A DNA stretch of 60,027 nt from a virus (lineage: Duplodnaviria; Caudoviricetes). Location of the stretch: IMG/VR virus record IMGVR_UViG_3300032315_000413, positions 1-60,027 of that record, one strand, 5' to 3'. The notes beneath the pieces are model-generated. The model was not told where the DNA came from. It saw only the letters and a list, made by a program, of their open reading frames with translations, and ran no database searches. Within the stretch, counting starts at the first letter, position 1, and each line of letters opens with the position of its first letter. The position numbers and the translations under genes are program-made. Positions 16,835 through 26,239 of this stretch are shown one piece after another.

Positions 16835-17794
16835 ATGTCTAAGCTCCCCGACATCCAAGACCCGACCCTGCTCGCCATCGATGCCGCGATGGAGGCTTAC
16901 GAGGCCCGCAAGCCGCCGCGCCAGTATTTGGGCGCGTCCGGCATCGGTCACGCCTGCGAGCGCAAGTCGTGGCTCGATTTCCGGCATGCGTCCCCACGCA
17001 AGATCGACGCCAAGGGCTTGCGGCGCATTCAAGACGGGTTCGCGGGCGAGCAGGTCATGATCGACCGCCTGCGGATGGTCGAGGCGATCACGCTGGTGAC
17101 GCATCAAAACATCAACGAGCAGATCGGGATTGAGGACCACGGGGGCCACTTTCGCGGTCACTTGGACGGCATGATCTTTGGCCTGATCCAAGCGCCCACC
17201 AAGTGGCATGTCTGGGAGTGCAAGGTTTGCGATCAAAAAAAGATTGATGCGCTCGCCAAGCTGAAGCACCAGCACGGCGAGAAGGGCGCGCTTAAGGCGT
17301 GGGACGAAATCTACTACGGGCAGGCGCAAATCTACATGCACTACACAAACATTGACCGGCATTACTTGACCGCCTGCACTCCCGGCGTGCGCGATGTCGT
17401 CACCTGTCGCACCGATTACGACGAGGCCGACGCGCTTCGTATTGTCGCCAAGGCCAAGCGTGTGATCGAGGCCAAGAACCCGCCCGCGCGGATTTCGACC
17501 GACCCGTCGTGGTTTCAGTGCCGGTGGTGCGACCATAGCGACATCTGCCACGGCAGCACGATCGCGGCGCAGTCTGGGTGCCGCACTTGCGTCTATTCGA
17601 CGCCTGCGCCTGACGGCACATGGCATTGCGCGCGGTTCGATGAAACGCTGGACTTCAACAAGCAACGCGCCGGATGCCCAGCACATCTGTTCATTCCGGC
17701 CCTTGTGCCGTTTGAGCAGACCGACGCGGGCGACGATTGGATCGAGTACACCAAGCCGGATGGCAGCACATGGGTGGACGGGGGCGCTAAGTGA
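16835..17794 (+). CDS. Cas4-like PD-(D/E)XK exonuclease with Fe-S cysteines and an extra C-terminal Cys cluster
   Basis: YLGASGIGHAC, GHLDG, WECK, QAQIYM, CRWCDHSDIC and CRTC...WHC...GC..H. Confidence 0.88.
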   Translation: MSKLPDIQDPTLLAIDAAMEAYEARKPPRQYLGASGIGHACERKSWLDFRHASPRKIDAKGLRRIQDGFAGEQVMIDRLRMVEAITLVTHQNINEQIGIEDHGGHFRGHLDGMIFGLIQAPTKWHVWECKVCDQKKIDALAKLKHQHGEKGALKAWDEIYYGQAQIYMHYTNIDRHYLTACTPGVRDVVTCRTDYDEADALRIVAKAKRVIEAKNPPARISTDPSWFQCRWCDHSDICHGSTIAAQSGCRTCVYSTPAPDGTWHCARFDETLDFNKQRAGCPAHLFIPALVPFEQTDAGDDWIEYTKPDGSTWVDGGAK

Positions 17795-19428
17795 TTACGC
17801 TGCGTGACTACCAGCATGATGCCATCGACGGCGTGTTTGAGTGGTTTGAGCGCGAGGACGGCAACCCGCTCGTCGTGTTGCCGACCGGCACCGGCAAGAG
17901 CCTCGTGATCGCCGCATTCTGCGGGCGCGTTTTTGATGAGTATCCCGACAGCAAAATCCTGATCGTGGCGCATGTCCGCGAGCTGATCAGCCAAAATTAC
18001 GCCGAAATGATAGGGCTGTGGCCCGAGGCACCGGCAGGCATCAACAGTGCAGGCATCGGTCGGCGCGACTACCGCCACCAGATCATCTTCTGCGGCGTGC
18101 AGTCGGTCGCCAAGCACGCACACAAGTTTGGCAAGGTCGATATCATCCTTGTAGACGAAGCGCACATGATCCCGCGCGACAGCGACACGCAGTATGGTCG
18201 CCTGATCTCGACGCTGAAGATCGCGAACCCCTACGTTAAGGTCGTGGGCCTGACGGCCACACCGTACCGGCTTGACAGCGGTCGCCTCGACAAGGGCGAC
18301 GGTCGCATGTTCGACGGTATTGCTTACGACTATGATGTGCTGCGCGCGGTCAAGGACGGCTACCTGTCGCCGTTGGTCACCAAGGCGACGGAGATGAAGC
18401 TCGACGTCACAGGCGTCGGCAAGCGTGGCGGCGAGTACATCCCCGACCAGCTTCAGAAGGCGGTAGACAAGGCCGACGTCAACGATGCCGTCATCTCCGA
18501 AACGATACACTGGGCGACGGCGCAAAACCGCAAGGCGTGGCTCGTGTTTGCGTCAGGCGTCGATCACGCGGCGCATCTGTGCGCGCTCATTCGCGAGCGC
18601 GGCTATTCATGCGAATGTATTACCGGCGAGACGGCCAAGGCCGACCGCGATCGCATCGTGCGCGACTTCAAAGCAGGCAAGATTACGGCTCTGTGCAGCA
18701 TGGGCGTGCTGACGACGGGCTTCAACGCGCCCCTTGTGGATCTGATCGTGATGGCAAGGCCGACCGGCTCGACGGGCCTCTACGTTCAGATTCTGGGCCG
18801 TGGCATGCGGCTGTTCCCCAGCAAAAAGGACTGCCTCGTGCTGGACTTCGCACGCAACATCGAGCGGCACGGCACGCTCGATTCTGTGGCCCCGCGCACC
18901 CCCGGCAACGGCGAGGGTGTCGCCCCCGTCAAGGAATGCCCTGAGTGCGCGAGCATGGTTCACGCGAGCAGGCTTGAGTGTCCCGATTGCGGTTACGTGT
19001 TCCCATCGCGTGAATTGAAGATCGTGGCCGAGGCAAGCACGCTGAAGGTCTTGTCCGACAACAAGCCGGAGTGGGTGCGCGTCGATAGCGTCTCGTACCG
19101 GCGGCACAAGAAAGAAGGCAAGCCGGACAGTATGCTCGTGACGTATGACGCAGGCTACACGACGCACCGCGAGTGGGTCTGCTTTGAGCATCAGGGCTAC
19201 GCCAAGACGAAGGCGGCGCGGTGGTGGTGGGAGCGCACAGGCGATCGCGTGCCGCCCGCGACTGTGACGGACGCATTGGCAAGAATTAGCGAACTGAAGG
19301 TGCCGGATGAGATCGCGATCAAACGCAACGGACGCTACACCGAGATCGTTGACGCGCGGGGTCTGCAGGTGCGGGCGAGCGGAGCGCGGGTTGATGTTCT
19401 TTCAGATGACGAAGCGATACCTTTCTAA
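17791..19428 (+). CDS. DEAH-box helicase (RadD/YejH-like) with Zn ribbon
   Basis: LRDYQ, PTGTGKS, DEAH, TATP, LTTGFN, QILGRGMR and CPEC...CPDC. Confidence 0.93.
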   Translation: MITLRDYQHDAIDGVFEWFEREDGNPLVVLPTGTGKSLVIAAFCGRVFDEYPDSKILIVAHVRELISQNYAEMIGLWPEAPAGINSAGIGRRDYRHQIIFCGVQSVAKHAHKFGKVDIILVDEAHMIPRDSDTQYGRLISTLKIANPYVKVVGLTATPYRLDSGRLDKGDGRMFDGIAYDYDVLRAVKDGYLSPLVTKATEMKLDVTGVGKRGGEYIPDQLQKAVDKADVNDAVISETIHWATAQNRKAWLVFASGVDHAAHLCALIRERGYSCECITGETAKADRDRIVRDFKAGKITALCSMGVLTTGFNAPLVDLIVMARPTGSTGLYVQILGRGMRLFPSKKDCLVLDFARNIERHGTLDSVAPRTPGNGEGVAPVKECPECASMVHASRLECPDCGYVFPSRELKIVAEASTLKVLSDNKPEWVRVDSVSYRRHKKEGKPDSMLVTYDAGYTTHREWVCFEHQGYAKTKAARWWWERTGDRVPPATVTDALARISELKVPDEIAIKRNGRYTEIVDARGLQVRASGARVDVLSDDEAIPF

Positions 19429-19669
19429 GGTCGAATATTTCTGCAGCGTGCGCTGCCAATACGGGAGAGATAAGATGGTTGATCCAACCGAAGCCGAGAT
19501 CGCGTCGATGGCCGCAGCGGGCGCGCTCGCGGGCGAGTATCTGGAGCATCTCAAAAAGACCGACCTTGCGGCGTTCAGCGAATCTGAATGGAACACGCTG
19601 ATCGAGACGGTCGTGACCGGATATATTGAGGAAATGCAACGCCGGACGCAAGACGACCCGCCTTTTTGA
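19349..19669 (+). CDS. DUF6511-like protein (alternative start 19475)
   Basis: Cys-bearing N-terminus (CRC...FCSVRCQ), then DPTEAE...GEYLE..KKTDLA.FS..EW..LIE.VVTGY. Confidence 0.7.
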   Translation: MTRGVCRCGRAERGLMFFQMTKRYLSKVEYFCSVRCQYGRDKMVDPTEAEIASMAAAGALAGEYLEHLKKTDLAAFSESEWNTLIETVVTGYIEEMQRRTQDDPPF

Positions 19670-19686
19670 GGGGTCAAAAATACTTG

Positions 19687-19716
19687 TTGACGGCGGTTGC
19701 GACCGTTTGGTAGGGT
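19687..19716 (+). promoter_or_regulatory. Putative sigma70-type early promoter
   Basis: TTGACG-N18-TAGGGT, shared with 6865-6894. Confidence 0.6.
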
Positions 19717-19753
19717 TTTTCTTGTCAGATTGAAACACCCAAGGAGCAAGGCA

Positions 19754-20023
19754 ATGATCACCCCCACGATCCATTTGAACGGCACATCCGGCGCGGTTCT
19801 TCTTGAGCAGCAGCTCAAGGCACTTGCTGCGTTGCGCGCGGCATTGGACGCCATGATTGAGGCGTACCCCAATGGCCGCGATTACTACACGCAGGGTGCC
19901 GGGGCTGGCACTCAAGCGCAGCGCGAACACGAGGCGCGTATCGCCGCCGTCGTTGCCGTCGTGGACGAATACGACGCGATCGCGGAGGCGATCTCCGATC
20001 AGATATCGGTGCGCGCACGATGA
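19754..20023 (+). CDS. Hypothetical phage protein
   Basis: AAGGAG RBS; PTIHLNGTS...PNGRDYY motif. Confidence 0.75.
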   Translation: MITPTIHLNGTSGAVLLEQQLKALAALRAALDAMIEAYPNGRDYYTQGAGAGTQAQREHEARIAAVVAVVDEYDAIAEAISDQISVRAR

Positions 20024-20078
20024 GCGAGATCATCGACGCCCTGCTGTGGGTTCTGAAAGTTTTACTGGGAGATGCCAC

Positions 20079-20267
20079 ATGATTTGCTATCGCGACATGA
20101 CGTTCTGTTCCGCGTTCCCGACCGTGTGCAAGAACGACAAGTGCGAGCGCGCGTTTACCGAAAGCGAGCGCAAGGCCGCACGCAAGTGGTGGCACAATTC
20201 TGAGGGTATTGTGCCGGTCGCGTTCTCCAACTTTGGGCCGGGATGCCCGCATAAGGTGCTGGCATGA
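20079..20267 (+). CDS. Small Cys-rich protein
   Basis: MICYRDMTFC...C...C; GGAG RBS; ATGA overlap with the next gene. Confidence 0.65.
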   Translation: MICYRDMTFCSAFPTVCKNDKCERAFTESERKAARKWWHNSEGIVPVAFSNFGPGCPHKVLA

Positions 20268-20488
20268 TCTGCGCTCTCGTCGCTTGTGCGTTGGCTGTCG
20301 GCTCGCAGACGTACTGCGACCGCAGCCAGCCGCAGAAGGTCCAGTACATCCAGAATCCTGAGGTCATCGCCACGCAGCATGAGTGCGACGAGGTGTTTAA
20401 GATTTTTGAGCATGTGCTGCTCGAACACGGCGTTTCGATGCGTCGCCGCGAGTGGTATGCGGAACCCAAGGAGCCGAAAGATGAGTGA
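20264..20488 (+). CDS. Hypothetical protein with hydrophobic N-terminus
   Basis: Coupled overlaps on both sides. Confidence 0.5.
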   Translation: MICALVACALAVGSQTYCDRSQPQKVQYIQNPEVIATQHECDEVFKIFEHVLLEHGVSMRRREWYAEPKEPKDE

Positions 20489-20660
20489 CAAACCTCTCTA
20501 CCCGACCCTCTACACCTACGACCCCAAGAACCCACCGGGGCCAGATGTCGAGTATATCCCGAGCTTGAAGGACATCGAGCGCATTGGAGCGTTCAACCGT
20601 CATGTTGCCGGGGATAAGAATGCGTGGGTCGAATATGACGCGAAGTGGAAAAACAAATGA
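20481..20660 (+). CDS. Hypothetical protein
   Basis: AAGGAG RBS; ATGA overlap with the next gene. Confidence 0.55.
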   Translation: MSDKPLYPTLYTYDPKNPPGPDVEYIPSLKDIERIGAFNRHVAGDKNAWVEYDAKWKNK

Positions 20661-21574
20661 ATGACAAGCTGACGCCGGGGCAGATTGCGCAAGTGTTGCG
20701 CGAGGTTGTCAAATGCACAGACTCGGAATTAGAACTTAACCCGTTTGCACTTGGCGACAGGGCCAATGCGCTGGACCGCGAAGAAGCCGCCCGCCGCGAG
20801 GGTGAGCAGAAGCCGGAGGCGTGTGCCGTCCATGATTGGGACTGCCGCCCTACCCGACCTTGTGTTTGCCTTCGCTGTGGCGCCACAGCAAGTTTGCCCG
20901 CCGAGCGCGAAGGTATGGGCAGCGCCGCCGCTTTTGAGCGCTGTGCGGGATGCATCACGCCGCTGATGTGCACCAACAACCAAGCGTGCTTGCGTGAACC
21001 GGAAGCGCAGGCGCTGCAGACGGACGCGAGGGATACGGCGCATCGGTTGCTTGACCACTTGCAAACATACGCGCAGGAACTGTCGCTGTCTGTTGTTGTC
21101 GATATTGCCAAAGCAGCCGCCCACATCAAGGCGCAGGCGCGGGAGATTGCACAAGCCAATGCGTTTATCGCTAACGACGCCGTGCGCGAAAGCTTGGCTT
21201 TTGCCGCCGTCGAAGCCGAACGCGACGCGCTCAAGGCCCGCGCTTTCCAATATGAAGCAGGCAGCGGCCCTCGGATTGTGATCGCGGACAACGTAAACGC
21301 CGAACTTGAGCGACTGCAAACCCGCGTGGCAGACGCCGAGCATATGTGCGCGGTTGCAACCTCCGACTATGCCAACGAGAAAGCGCGCGTGGCGGAGTTG
21401 GAGGCGGAGCGAACAAAGGCGTTTGATGAATTTCAAGTCACGTTGAAGGCCGAGCAGGCTCGGTACGACCGGGCCGAGGCCCGCGTGGCGCAGCTGGAAA
21501 ATGCGTTGCGCGCGGTTGAATTGGAGAGGCTGACAGACACGCCAGAAGATATTGGGAGCGTGCAACCAAGATGA
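20657..21574 (+). CDS. Mosaic coiled-coil protein with Cys/His clusters
   Basis: CAVHDW...CLRCG and C..C....C.....C motifs, followed by heptad-like repeats (ARVAELEAE). Confidence 0.65.
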   Translation: MNDKLTPGQIAQVLREVVKCTDSELELNPFALGDRANALDREEAARREGEQKPEACAVHDWDCRPTRPCVCLRCGATASLPAEREGMGSAAAFERCAGCITPLMCTNNQACLREPEAQALQTDARDTAHRLLDHLQTYAQELSLSVVVDIAKAAAHIKAQAREIAQANAFIANDAVRESLAFAAVEAERDALKARAFQYEAGSGPRIVIADNVNAELERLQTRVADAEHMCAVATSDYANEKARVAELEAERTKAFDEFQVTLKAEQARYDRAEARVAQLENALRAVELERLTDTPEDIGSVQPR

Positions 21575-21607
21575 CAGACGCAGCCTTCGCGCCCAAGGAG
21601 ACGAACA

Positions 21608-21841
21608 ATGGATGAGATTGCAAAACTTCAACGCGCATTGTGGGCTGCACACAAAGCGTTTGAGCGCATCAGTTTTTGCGATAAACGGCCTTCGCGCGGA
21701 TCGGGCGGCATGTCGCTTGAAGTGCAGGAGCGGAACGCCGTTTATCGCGATGTTCCCGCGTCCGCATTTTACGACGCGCAACAGGCCGTTGAGGAATTGC
21801 TGGACGTGAATTACAAACCCAAGGAGACGAATAATGGATGA
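21608..21841 (+). CDS. Hypothetical protein
   Basis: AAGGAG RBS. Confidence 0.6.
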   Translation: MDEIAKLQRALWAAHKAFERISFCDKRPSRGSGGMSLEVQERNAVYRDVPASAFYDAQQAVEELLDVNYKPKETNNG

Positions 21842-22247
21842 AGCCGAACGGTTGTTGGAGGAGTTTGAGAAAGCAAGTGCGCCGTCGAATTACGACACAA
21901 CGGCCTACGCTGCGTGCCGAGATGCCGTCCTCGCCGCGATGCGCAAGGGCGGGGTGCCGGAGGGTTGGCAGTTGGTGCCGAAGGTGCCGACAGAGGAAAT
22001 GAAGGCCGCCGTTCTTGCCATCGAAAGCTGGATACAAGTTGACGAAGGCGATGGCCCATCGACGGTCGGAATGTGCGACGGCCTTGAAGCGTGGGACGAA
22101 ATGCTCGCGGTCGCACCGCAGCCGCCCGCGCTCGACCGCGACGGCGTTATCGAGGCGTGTGCGAAGGTGGCGCAAGGTGACTGGCTCACAAGCAAATTGT
22201 GCGAGGAAATAGCCGCCGCGATCCGCGCGATGAAGGGGCAATCGTGA
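21834..22247 (+). CDS. Hypothetical phage protein (Ea/DUF551-associated motif)
   Basis: VPEGWQLVPKVPTEEM...WDEMLAVAPQP motif; AAGGAG RBS. Confidence 0.7.
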   Translation: MDEAERLLEEFEKASAPSNYDTTAYAACRDAVLAAMRKGGVPEGWQLVPKVPTEEMKAAVLAIESWIQVDEGDGPSTVGMCDGLEAWDEMLAVAPQPPALDRDGVIEACAKVAQGDWLTSKLCEEIAAAIRAMKGQS

Positions 22248-22433
22248 ATTGGCCGGAAGCGTTTGTTGAAGTCAGCAAATTCGCGTGCTTTCTCGCGTTT
22301 TTGGCTTTTGGTCTTTGGCTTATTTACAGGAGCGACAAATGAAGCGTGAAGAAAAAATAGCGTTGGCCGTTATCGTTTTTGGCTGGGCGTGCCTGCCGGT
22401 TGTGTTTTTCATTCTGCGCTCGGATTACTGCCA

Positions 22434-22679
22434 ATGACAGACGCAAGCGAAGTCGTCGTGAGCGACGCGGAGATTGATGCGTTCATCGCGACAATTGAGA
22501 AAGCTGTAAGCGTCAAGACCAATCGCGATCTATGCCGCAAAGCCCTTGCCGTGTTCCTCGCAAGGCGCGTGCCGGATGCGATGGTCCCGCGCGACGAAGA
22601 AATTGAAAGTGAATGCTGGTCTGTTCGCGAAGGCGGCTTCAACGCCTGCCGCGAACGTGTGTTGAGAGGTGAGCAATGA
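22434..22679 (+). CDS. Hypothetical protein
   Basis: C-terminal GFNACRERVL motif common in phage early proteins. Confidence 0.55.
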   Translation: MTDASEVVVSDAEIDAFIATIEKAVSVKTNRDLCRKALAVFLARRVPDAMVPRDEEIESECWSVREGGFNACRERVLRGEQ

Positions 22680-22873
22680 CCACGCACCGCATCGAGCCAT
22701 CTAGCAGGCCTGCGCGCATCATCTCGCACGACGGACCGCTTGACGCGCCGGTCGTCGCCGTCGTGCAGGCTGGCGGCGTCGCGGAGGACATCAAAGGTCG
22801 CGAGATGTTGATGTGTTTCAGCCGCGACTACGAATCAACGACAGGACATCGACTTGTGGAGGTCAAAGAATAA
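22676..22873 (+). CDS. Hypothetical protein
   Basis: GAGG RBS and coupled overlaps. Confidence 0.5.
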   Translation: MTTHRIEPSSRPARIISHDGPLDAPVVAVVQAGGVAEDIKGREMLMCFSRDYESTTGHRLVEVKE

Positions 22874-23310
22874 TGGCGAACTACAACGGCATTACAGTAC
22901 GGTTTGGCTGCTGGACGGTGGCAGAGCGCAAGCGCCTGTTTGACATGCGGATTGCTGGTCACAGCTTTGAGGAGATTTCCGCGCAGATGGGGCGCTCGGT
23001 TGGTTCTTTGAAAGCTATGCTCAATCGCGAGCGCCGCCGCCAGACCAAAGGCACGCCGCCGATGGCCCGCATCCCACTGCACGGGTTAGATCTAAGCAAG
23101 GTCCATCATTCGTTGCGCGCATTGATCAAGATCGCCGCGACCGAGGGCTACACTTACCGCACGCTGTCGAAGAAGGTTGGCATCAGCCGAGGCACGCTCG
23201 CCAACATCGTCAACGGCAATCCGACCTACGGCAATGTCGTCGCACTCGCCGACGCACTCGACTGCCAGATCAAAATCGTCCAGAAACAGGAGCAGGCAAA
23301 TGGTGACTGA
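22873..23310 (+). CDS. Double HTH protein (Myb/GcrA-like N-terminus plus XRE HTH)
   Basis: WTVAERKRL...SFEEISAQMGRS and TYRTLSKKVGISRGTLANIVNGNPT. Confidence 0.75.
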   Translation: MANYNGITVRFGCWTVAERKRLFDMRIAGHSFEEISAQMGRSVGSLKAMLNRERRRQTKGTPPMARIPLHGLDLSKVHHSLRALIKIAATEGYTYRTLSKKVGISRGTLANIVNGNPTYGNVVALADALDCQIKIVQKQEQANGD

Positions 23311-23932
23311 GTGGGGCCGCACGTGGACCGAGGCAGATATTGAGCTGATCACCAAGCTCTGGAACGAAGGCGTTTCGGCTGGGCAGATCGCCAAGCAACT
23401 TGGCGATGGGCGCACAAAAAACAGCGTGCTGGGCAAGATTACGCGCATGCGCCGCGACGGTGCGCTGATCGAATCTAGGCCCGTGATCGTCGGAACTCCA
23501 ATGGTAAAGGCCGCAGCCGCCAAGAAGCAACGCTCCAAAGAGCTTTACGAAAAGATTGCCGGAGCCTACCAATCGGGCATCATCGACGTCGATCTTCTCA
23601 GCACGCGGTACGGTCTCTCGCGCCTGCGGATCGTAGGCCTGCTCAACGCGCGCGGTATCAAGATCGGCTATCTGACCAAGCGCGCGGAGTTTATCCAGAA
23701 GGCGGCAGAGGAGCGCAAGAAACTGCCCGCCGATCGTTTCATCCACGCCGTCGATGAGGCTGATCTGGTCAAGGGCGTCGGCGGATCTAGGCAGCATTGC
23801 CAGTTTATTCCCGGCCCCCCGAAGGGTGCCGACACACTCTACTGCGGCAAGCCCACCAGCCATATCTACTGCCTGCAGCACACCGTGCTGTGCTACGCCA
23901 AGCCTCAAGAGCATAAGGGAGATCAACGATGA
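23300..23932 (+). CDS. gcrA: GcrA-like cell-cycle transcriptional regulator
   Basis: WTEADIELITKLWNEGVSAGQIAKQLG..TKNSVLGK..R N-terminal HTH and C-terminal CQFIPG...YCG...YC..H...Y. Confidence 0.85.
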   Translation: MVTEWGRTWTEADIELITKLWNEGVSAGQIAKQLGDGRTKNSVLGKITRMRRDGALIESRPVIVGTPMVKAAAAKKQRSKELYEKIAGAYQSGIIDVDLLSTRYGLSRLRIVGLLNARGIKIGYLTKRAEFIQKAAEERKKLPADRFIHAVDEADLVKGVGGSRQHCQFIPGPPKGADTLYCGKPTSHIYCLQHTVLCYAKPQEHKGDQR

Positions 23933-24150
23933 CCGAAGAAGAGGCCAAAACTAAGTGGTGTCCGCAGCGTCCGCGCACTTCTGGGGAGATGGGAGTCGAA
24001 TCAAATGACGCAGGACAGAACCGAAACTTATTTTTTCTGTGCGTGGCGTCCAATTGCATGGCGTGGCGCACGCTTGCAACTGAAACAGACGGGTTCAACC
24101 GTCCGCTTGGCCCCACACAAGGCTACTGCGGCTTGGCAGGTGCGCCATGA
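23929..24150 (+). CDS. Small Cys-containing phage protein
   Basis: MTEEEAKTKWCP...CVASNCMAWR...GYCGLAG motif. Confidence 0.75.
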   Translation: MTEEEAKTKWCPQRPRTSGEMGVESNDAGQNRNLFFLCVASNCMAWRTLATETDGFNRPLGPTQGYCGLAGAP

Positions 24151-24398
24151 ACACGGTTGAGAAAGTCGCGCGGGCGATCAGCGAGACGCGGGACTTGTGC
24201 TGGGACCAGTACAGCCCTGAGCTAAAGGCGACGTACAAAGCGATGGCCCGCGCCGCAATCGCAGCCATGCGCGAGCCGAGCGAGGCGATGGTGGAGGCGG
24301 CAGGCTGTGCGCCTGTTAAATCTTACGCATGGCAAGATGGCGTCAAGGCAAGTTGGGAAGCTATGCTCGACGCCGCATTAGCGGAGGAGCCAAAATGA
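24147..24398 (+). CDS. Hypothetical phage protein
   Basis: VEKVARAI...ARAAIAAMREPSEAM...WEAMLDAAL motif. Confidence 0.75.
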   Translation: MNTVEKVARAISETRDLCWDQYSPELKATYKAMARAAIAAMREPSEAMVEAAGCAPVKSYAWQDGVKASWEAMLDAALAEEPK

Positions 24399-25273
24399 AA
24401 GCCGCATTTATCACGACGTCAACCGACAACTGCAACCCAATCGTGGGGGGCTGGGAGAGCTTCAATGAGACGCCTGCGTGGACGCGATATCAAGAGGGTG
24501 CAAGCGAGCCTGATGACGCTCACTTGCTGCCGTTCGTCAAGGCTGCGGCACCGGATGTTGTGTTTTATATCGGGGCTGCGTACCTACCGGGAAATCCCCG
24601 TATCGAAACTTTGCAATCGATCCGCAAACTTGCCCCGTTCGTCCACATCTGCTTTGACGGAGGAGACAATCCGTGGTGGCCCACGATGGCGGAGTATCGC
24701 GAAGCTGGCTGCTTCTCTCGACAAGTCAATATTGACGGGGCGAATTGCCCCACCGCAGATCTTACGACGCTAGTCCCTGTAGACCCGCGCCCGTATGCAG
24801 GTGATTACACCAAGCGCCGCAAGGCCGGATTCGCAGGCTTTACTGCCAACACCTACAGAGGCTCAATTATCAACCCGTTGGTGCAACACGGTCTAGTTGA
24901 ATTACGCCACCGCAAGACAGGGTACAAGAACAACGACTACGATGATTTTGCCAAGTGGCTCTGCGAGACGGGCATCACGGTCAACACGGCAGTGACCGGC
25001 ACCGAGTGGCGGCGACATGTCAAAGGGCGCGTGATCGAGGCAGGCCTCGCCAAGTGCTGCCTGCTGGAAGACGATCAATCGCCGACCAAGAACTGGTTCA
25101 CGCCGATGGTGGACTACATCCCGTTCGGCACGCCGGAAGAAGCCGCCTACATCATCAAGCACATGCCCGAGCAGCAGGCGCGGACGATCGGCGAGAGCCT
25201 GCACGCCAAGATCCACGAGCAGTATTCCGCCAAGACGATCTACGAGGCTATGCTGAAGGAGCTGCCGCGATGA
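24395..25273 (+). CDS. Glycosyltransferase (GT-B, CgeB/Glyco_trans_1_2-like)
   Basis: PDVVF, GFAG....R and HVKGRVIEAGLAKCCLLED...WFTPMVDYIPF signature. Confidence 0.75.
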   Translation: MKAAFITTSTDNCNPIVGGWESFNETPAWTRYQEGASEPDDAHLLPFVKAAAPDVVFYIGAAYLPGNPRIETLQSIRKLAPFVHICFDGGDNPWWPTMAEYREAGCFSRQVNIDGANCPTADLTTLVPVDPRPYAGDYTKRRKAGFAGFTANTYRGSIINPLVQHGLVELRHRKTGYKNNDYDDFAKWLCETGITVNTAVTGTEWRRHVKGRVIEAGLAKCCLLEDDQSPTKNWFTPMVDYIPFGTPEEAAYIIKHMPEQQARTIGESLHAKIHEQYSAKTIYEAMLKELPR

Positions 25274-25488
25274 CCATGCCCGACGATCCCCTGAGCATGA
25301 AGCACTTGGAAAAGACGCTTGTTTCTGTTTCTGCTTATGCAAGCATGTCGCGCGATCGTCTCCGCGCGCACAACGAAGTATGCATGAGCCTGCGGACCAA
25401 TTTGTACAGCAAGAACGACCTTACCCCGCGCCAGATCGAGTGGTGCAGGGCGTGGATTCCCGCGTTTAATCCGAAGGTGACGCCGTGA
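25270..25488 (+). CDS. Hypothetical protein
   Basis: AAGGAG RBS and coupled overlaps. Confidence 0.5.
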   Translation: MTMPDDPLSMKHLEKTLVSVSAYASMSRDRLRAHNEVCMSLRTNLYSKNDLTPRQIEWCRAWIPAFNPKVTP

Positions 25489-25697
25489 CTGACAAACCTT
25501 TCAACATTGACGAACTTGCGCGCGAGGGGTCCGTTTGGCGCGACGTCCTTGTTACAGAGGACTTGCCCGATATTGCGCTTGCGCGTTTTGGCGCAAATCA
25601 CTTTATGAAGAACCGCGTCGAGCTGAAGGGCAAGATATACCGGCGCACCTACGACGAGCGCGGCATTCTTACGGGGCGCGTAAAGGAGGAGACATGA
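25485..25697 (+). CDS. Hypothetical protein
   Basis: GTGA and ATGA overlaps with neighbours. Confidence 0.5.
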   Translation: MTDKPFNIDELAREGSVWRDVLVTEDLPDIALARFGANHFMKNRVELKGKIYRRTYDERGILTGRVKEET

Positions 25698-25930
25698 GCG
25701 ACGACGAAGAAGGCATGGTTCATCGCGTTCCACTGTACGTCGTATGCCGTCAGTGCCGACATATTTACGACATGGCGCACGACATGTGCCCTCAGTGCAG
25801 CGAGCTTGTTGGCGATCAAGAAGGATTCTTCGACCGCGTCATCGCCGAAGCCTACGCAGTCGGGCAGTGGCTGCGCGATGGTTACAGCTTGATCGACGTC
25901 CGCGACCCGTACTTCAATCCGAGGAGATAG
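25694..25930 (+). CDS. Zn-ribbon protein
   Basis: CRQC...CPQC; AGGAGG RBS. Confidence 0.65.
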   Translation: MSDDEEGMVHRVPLYVVCRQCRHIYDMAHDMCPQCSELVGDQEGFFDRVIAEAYAVGQWLRDGYSLIDVRDPYFNPRR

Positions 25931-26050
25931 GGCGATGACATTCCGCACATTCCTTCTTTCTACCGTCCACCGCCAGCCGCTAGAGATCGTCGAGTTCGAG
26001 CGCATCATGCGGATCAAGCTGGCGCGTGCGAAACAGAAGGAGGAAAACAA

Positions 26051-26239
26051 ATGAAAGATCAAAAATGGGACGGGTTCTACCCGATCAGGCACAAGATAAC
26101 GCAAAATGAAAAAGTTTTTTCTTTTCCTGCTTGCGGCTTATCGGACGCTATTGTCTCTGTCGGTGGAGAGAAAATAACGATTACCATCGGTATCCCGAAC
26201 AGCGATTTGACTGCCAAACTGACCGTGACGGAGGATTAG
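26051..26239 (+). CDS. Hypothetical protein
   Basis: GGAGG RBS. Confidence 0.5.
   Translation: MKDQKWDGFYPIRHKITQNEKVFSFPACGLSDAIVSVGGEKITITIGIPNSDLTAKLTVTED

Noticed and set aside
16835-17794. Cas4-like gene as evidence of a CRISPR adaptation module
   Set aside because: No cas1/cas2 was recognised, and it lies in a standard Sak4-SSB-helicase recombination context.
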